Of a stretch of 30,501 nucleotides of DNA, positions 26,500 to 30,501 are shown piece by piece. The DNA comes from Bdellovibrionota bacterium (GTDB lineage Bacteria > Bdellovibrionota_C > UBA2361 > JBIKWN01). Made by a program: the position numbers and the translations under genes. The stretch's first letter is position 1. Each line of letters opens with the position of its first letter. Under the pieces are notes generated by a model that was given only the letters and a program-made list of their open reading frames with translations, was not told the DNA's origin and ran no database searches. The stretch spans positions 1 to 30,501 of the forward strand of contig JBIKWN010000029.1 of assembly GCA_044356295.1 (NCBI GenBank), read 5' to 3'.

Positions 26500-28755
26500 T
26501 TGAATCAGCAAAGTTCGAAGCGACACACTAATTCTCATCCACGCGGAGTTTTACCGCTTACAGAGGTTTCATTCCCAACTCAGCGAATTAATCTTGTTCG
26601 AGGTTTTTCTGTTGATGAAAATAAAACTCACCGGATTGATCAAATCTTTACTGTAAAAGATGGGCACCTATTTTTCGGAGTTCCTGTTTCAAGTGAACCT
26701 CTAAATACTGAAATCTCAACTTCAATTGGTAAAAGTTTAGAACCAGGCATGATAATTCCTGGCTTAGTTTGTCGTGTTCCATTTGATGAACATGGATTTG
26801 GAAAGCCAGAGTTCTATAATACTATGCTTGAGAATGTGCAGCGCATGACTCCTGCTGAGCTTGGAGATGATCTTTTCAATCAAAAACATCCAGAACTTTT
26901 AATTCTTGAGAAAGCCTTAAAGCAATTTCATGCAGATAGAACCTGTGAGGTACTTCCATGGGTTTATTCAGATCCCTATGAGGCAATCATGGGCGAGCCC
27001 AGACAATCAAAAGCGAGAGACAGTGCATTAAGCAGAGGTAATGGATATATCTCTGATCTATCAGTATTAATGCATCATTTAGCTGGTGATTATCTGCGGT
27101 CCAAAAATGTAGAAGCTTTGTTTCTTGCTAGAACGGTGAAAATTTTATCTCCTGCAGAAAGAATAAAAGTAGAAAAATACTCTGATTTCCTCCAGTACCT
27201 AACTACACTAGAGGCACCCTCTGAAGTGCTACTATCTATTAGTCCTATGTTTTGGACTACGAAACCAATTATCAATATGGGTGAAGGTGGAGGGGAGAAA
27301 GGGGGGTATGTTGTCCCATGTACGTGCCCGCTTCGGTCGCTCACTGCCCGTGTTAATGTTCGAATTATTTCATTAGTTGCCGCAGGGATTATACCAGAGG
27401 ATCCATCAGGTGATATTAAAGCTATAGCTGCACTTAGAAATTCTGAGATGAGAAAACGCCATGGATCAGAGGTTTCATCTCGAATCGTACGAATGGAATT
27501 AACAGAAGGTGAAAATGGCGTTCAAGCAATTCGCCAAGTTCCTAATCGTCCGTCTTATGTAGACACCTTGGGTGAAGAAAAAGAACTTTCACGTTATCAC
27601 GAACAGTGTGGTCAAGTTGCAAAAATATTGCTGAAAAGCCGTCCTCATGCAGCACATATTGCATTTGTGATTGGCGCGTTTGATAGATCTAGAAAAAACG
27701 ACTGGGAAAAAGTTCGTCATGCAGCTTTACTTTGGCTTCAAGCACTACCTGAGCTTATTCTTCCTGTTTGTGAACTATTGAGGGTTCCTATTCAAACAGA
27801 GCAAGAAAAGTTAAATGCCTTGCCTCGATTAATAGAAAAACTTGATACCGCACAAAGTTACTTTGATGGTCTTCCTTTCAAGGCTCGAGGTTTCCATTTT
27901 AATGATCTTCCTGATGTCTATGCTAGAACTGAAAAAGAGTATCTGAAATATCTTCGAACATTACTTTTGAAGTTAGGATTAAAAGGCCTCAAATGCCAAG
28001 TCCATAAAGAACGAATTTACGAAGATGAACGAAGTCGAGAACACCGAACCCCGCATGTTGCTCGTTTTCAGATTAAAGTTGGAAGTAATACCTACGAGTC
28101 AGAGTGGTGTACAGCGAGGCAAATAAAAACTGCACAACATAAAGCAGCAGCTTCTTTACTGCGTGTTTTGATCCGAGAAAATGTAATTCCTTGGAAGATC
28201 GTAAAAGATAATACGATTCTCAATAAGGGCAGTCGTGTCATACCGAATCATCCTGGAATTCAGATGAAGGAATCGAATTCTGAAAATTGGCAAATGATTC
28301 GAAATCTTCATCCGCTCATTACAACGTTTGATCTCATTATGTTTAGAAAGGGGTGGAGATATGAAGTGATTCTTTCTGGAGATATGAATCAATCGGAAAC
28401 CAGTCACGTGATTTTGAAAATTTATCGAGATTCACATGAAGATGTATTAATTGAATCTGTGCGAGATAACGTATTGAATAAAAAACGAGACGCCATGAGG
28501 AGGGCGCTTCGATACTATATGTCTGAACTTTTGATTAAACCTGAAGACTTACGACTTCATAAAATGAGAGTTATAGGACGGATAGAAAAAGATACCCAGA
28601 ATAACGCGCCTGAATTACTTTTTGTAGACAAGATAGCCAATCCATTACTCATAGCTAATGGAACGAAAAACTATCAAAACGGAGAAATGGTGGAAGCTCA
28701 GATCAGTTATTCAAAGAGGAAAAGGCGTTATTTCGCTCGAATCCTAGACTCTTAA
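26500..28755 (+). CDS. Hypothetical RNA-binding protein: degenerate RNB (RNase II/R-like) domain, dsRBD-like domain(s) and C-terminal OB-fold-like segment
   Basis: FSVDENKTHRIDQIF aligns with RNB motif I (TIDxxxxxDxDDA). CTCPLRSLTARVNVRII aligns with (F/W)TSPIRRYxDxxxHR. PHVARFQIKVG...IKTAQHKAAASLL resembles a dsRBD. The ORF is certain; the domain calls are by eye. Confidence 0.55.
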   Translation: MNQQSSKRHTNSHPRGVLPLTEVSFPTQRINLVRGFSVDENKTHRIDQIFTVKDGHLFFGVPVSSEPLNTEISTSIGKSLEPGMIIPGLVCRVPFDEHGFGKPEFYNTMLENVQRMTPAELGDDLFNQKHPELLILEKALKQFHADRTCEVLPWVYSDPYEAIMGEPRQSKARDSALSRGNGYISDLSVLMHHLAGDYLRSKNVEALFLARTVKILSPAERIKVEKYSDFLQYLTTLEAPSEVLLSISPMFWTTKPIINMGEGGGEKGGYVVPCTCPLRSLTARVNVRIISLVAAGIIPEDPSGDIKAIAALRNSEMRKRHGSEVSSRIVRMELTEGENGVQAIRQVPNRPSYVDTLGEEKELSRYHEQCGQVAKILLKSRPHAAHIAFVIGAFDRSRKNDWEKVRHAALLWLQALPELILPVCELLRVPIQTEQEKLNALPRLIEKLDTAQSYFDGLPFKARGFHFNDLPDVYARTEKEYLKYLRTLLLKLGLKGLKCQVHKERIYEDERSREHRTPHVARFQIKVGSNTYESEWCTARQIKTAQHKAAASLLRVLIRENVIPWKIVKDNTILNKGSRVIPNHPGIQMKESNSENWQMIRNLHPLITTFDLIMFRKGWRYEVILSGDMNQSETSHVILKIYRDSHEDVLIESVRDNVLNKKRDAMRRALRYYMSELLIKPEDLRLHKMRVIGRIEKDTQNNAPELLFVDKIANPLLIANGTKNYQNGEMVEAQISYSKRKRRYFARILDS

Positions 28756-29524
28756 CAATAGTGCTCTGTTCAGTTATGGTTACTAAATTCATAGCAGCCT
28801 TACCCTGAGGGTTATGCGAGATTTTTTCATCAGTAGGCCAGCCGCCAAACTGAAATGTATTACTTGGAACCGCACAGTAAAAAATTCCATCACGAACGAT
28901 CTGAAGATTTTGGTGTATGTGTCCAAAAAATACTCCTCTACATCGCTTAGAATTCTTAGAAAGCATTTCGTGTACCACGTCACCGTTACTGACTAAAAGA
29001 TGCTTATCCATCCAGGGAGCATCAAGAGGGATAAGTGGAAAATGAGTAAATATACAGAAGTTTTTTTGATTCGTTGCTAAAAAATTTTTAATAGCGATAA
29101 CTTGTTCATCTGAAATAACTCCAGACGGATTTTGATTATCAGGATGCTTTGCATCTATTCCGATAAATAAAACTTGGCTATGTTCAAAGTAGTAACTGAC
29201 AGAGTTAACGTTATCAACAAGAGCTGTGCGTTTTGCAAATAATGGAAATTCATTGAGCTGTATAGGATCATCATGATTTCCGGTTGTAAAATACATTGGG
29301 ACATTGATGGCTTTCAGTGTTTCTGAAGCCAGAGCGTACGCTTCTTGGCTTTGAAACGAAATTACATCACCAGTGTGAATGATGAAATCAATCTGACAAG
29401 GTAGTTCTTTAATTTCTTTAATGAGCGAGAGAGCATCCAAATATGGATTTTTGCCGTGGTACACATAATCAGTTGATGAGCCAAAATGTGTATCACTTAT
29501 ATGGAGGAAACGAATTGGATGCAT
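28703..29524 (-). CDS. Calcineurin-like metallophosphoesterase, CpdA/Icc (3',5'-cyclic nucleotide phosphodiesterase) type
   Basis: All five motifs present: ISDTH, HTGDV, GNHDD, FTHFP and FFGHIH; also G.IS.EQ and PS..FQF as in Icc proteins. Confidence 0.8.
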   Translation of the reverse strand: MHPIRFLHISDTHFGSSTDYVYHGKNPYLDALSLIKEIKELPCQIDFIIHTGDVISFQSQEAYALASETLKAINVPMYFTTGNHDDPIQLNEFPLFAKRTALVDNVNSVSYYFEHSQVLFIGIDAKHPDNQNPSGVISDEQVIAIKNFLATNQKNFCIFTHFPLIPLDAPWMDKHLLVSNGDVVHEMLSKNSKRCRGVFFGHIHQNLQIVRDGIFYCAVPSNTFQFGGWPTDEKISHNPQGKAAMNLVTITEQSTIVKSLGFERNNAFSSLNN

Positions 29525-29775
29525 TTTAGCACTATTTAACCGAGTTACTTTTAATATGTATAGAGGGGAATTCGTATAGTAAAAAATCGAAAATAGATGA
29601 ATGAAAATTAGATGTAATTATCAATAATAACAAATGGTTAGCAGTGGTAAAAAGTTACATTATTCTTATGTTACTTTAGTCTCTAAAGAGCTCATAACGT
29701 ATTAGCGTAACAGTGTATTTCTGATATTCTGTTACTATCTTATGTCTTAAGCAGTTTTTTAAGAGGCAACTTTCT

Positions 29776-30501
29776 GTGTCGTTAATTGAAAAAACCACTC
29801 TTCCATCAACAATATCTATCAAAGGGTTAATCTACTCAGCGCTACTTTTGCTTCTGGTTATTTCATTATTTTTCATACCAGAGATTGTTAAATTTCAAGA
29901 ACGGGTTTCAAAAGCAAAACAGGTTTCTAAATACGCAAGCGATACCATGTCAGGTGAACTTGATATTGATTCACTGCTCAAAGCGAGTAAGTCTGGAAAA
30001 TCACTAGATTCAATTCTTTCAATGGTTGAGAGTGGCAAGTCTGTTGATACTGAGGCGCAAAGTGAACTTGTATTACCAGCACCTTCAAAAAGTTCAAAAG
30101 ATTCAACGAACCTGCAAGCTCTTCAAGACCGTGTAATGTTAGAAAAAACACTTGGTTCAGGACGAGTTACATGGGACCAGCTCAATTCAGCAGAAGTCAA
30201 AAAAGCTTTTAAAAATGCTCAGACTGAAGCTTCAAAATTACTTCGAAACCTTCCGGCAAAACAGAGCTCAATCCGTTTTGCTCTGATCAACTATGTTAAT
30301 GGACTCGGTTGGATGACTCGGGCAGATAAGAAATTAATGTCAGCTGAAGAAGCTCTTGCTTATATAGAGCAGCTTGATATCAATGTTTCACAAGCGATGC
30401 TAACAAGTGAAATAGATGCAGGCGATTTCGAAACATGGAAAAAGGTTTCATTCGGGCCACTCAGTGCTAACAGCAGAGCATCGGCATTTAAAAATGGCGC
30501 A
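29776..30501 (+). CDS. Hypothetical membrane-anchored protein, 3'-truncated by window edge (absent from ORF track)
   Basis: GAGG RBS at 29763 and GTG at 29776. The frame is open for 242 codons to the window end (MSLIEKTTLPSTISIKGLIYSALLLLLVISLFFIPEIVKF...), with one N-terminal TM helix. Confidence 0.75.
   Translation, partial: MSLIEKTTLPSTISIKGLIYSALLLLLVISLFFIPEIVKFQERVSKAKQVSKYASDTMSGELDIDSLLKASKSGKSLDSILSMVESGKSVDTEAQSELVLPAPSKSSKDSTNLQALQDRVMLEKTLGSGRVTWDQLNSAEVKKAFKNAQTEASKLLRNLPAKQSSIRFALINYVNGLGWMTRADKKLMSAEEALAYIEQLDINVSQAMLTSEIDAGDFETWKKVSFGPLSANSRASAFKNGA

Noticed and set aside
2660..28996. Numerous 60-130 aa alternative-frame and antisense ORFs in the track
   Set aside because: They lie within or largely overlap well-supported genes and show no recognisable motifs; treated as shadow ORFs.

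Overview
AT-rich, gene-dense chromosomal window from a Gram-negative bacterium. The order ispE-tRNA(Gln)-prs-rplY-pth-rpsF-rplI suggests a 'deltaproteobacteria'/Bdellovibrionota-like lineage (inference). 1-11.4 kb is mostly housekeeping: CBS fragment, suhB, ispE, tRNA-Gln(UUG) followed by GC-rich hairpin repeats, prs, rplY, pth, rpsF, rplI (rpsR missing from its usual slot), a LamG-like protein, an O-antigen-ligase-like protein, ispH, a type IV pilin-like protein, a PfkB kinase and cutA. Next is a TPR-fused methyltransferase with eukaryotic PRMT signatures. The main candidate for an undescribed system is 12.8-26.4 kb: a divergent multiheme cytochrome plus a tightly coupled operon. The operon encodes an NAD(P)H/FAD oxidoreductase with two cyclic-nucleotide-binding domains and a 4x[4Fe-4S] module (interrupted by one in-frame TAG), a putative diheme-b membrane protein, an FHA-TM-decaheme cytochrome, a tandem GlcG/HbpS lipoprotein, an outer-membrane beta-barrel, a 1220-aa decaheme/LVIVD-repeat protein and DUF423. 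Together they look like a signal-regulated trans-envelope electron conduit. The window ends with a degenerate RNB + dsRBD-like + OB-fold protein, a CpdA/Icc-like metallophosphoesterase and a truncated hypothetical ORF. No CRISPR array, transposase or integrase was seen. All calls come from motif reading, not database searches.
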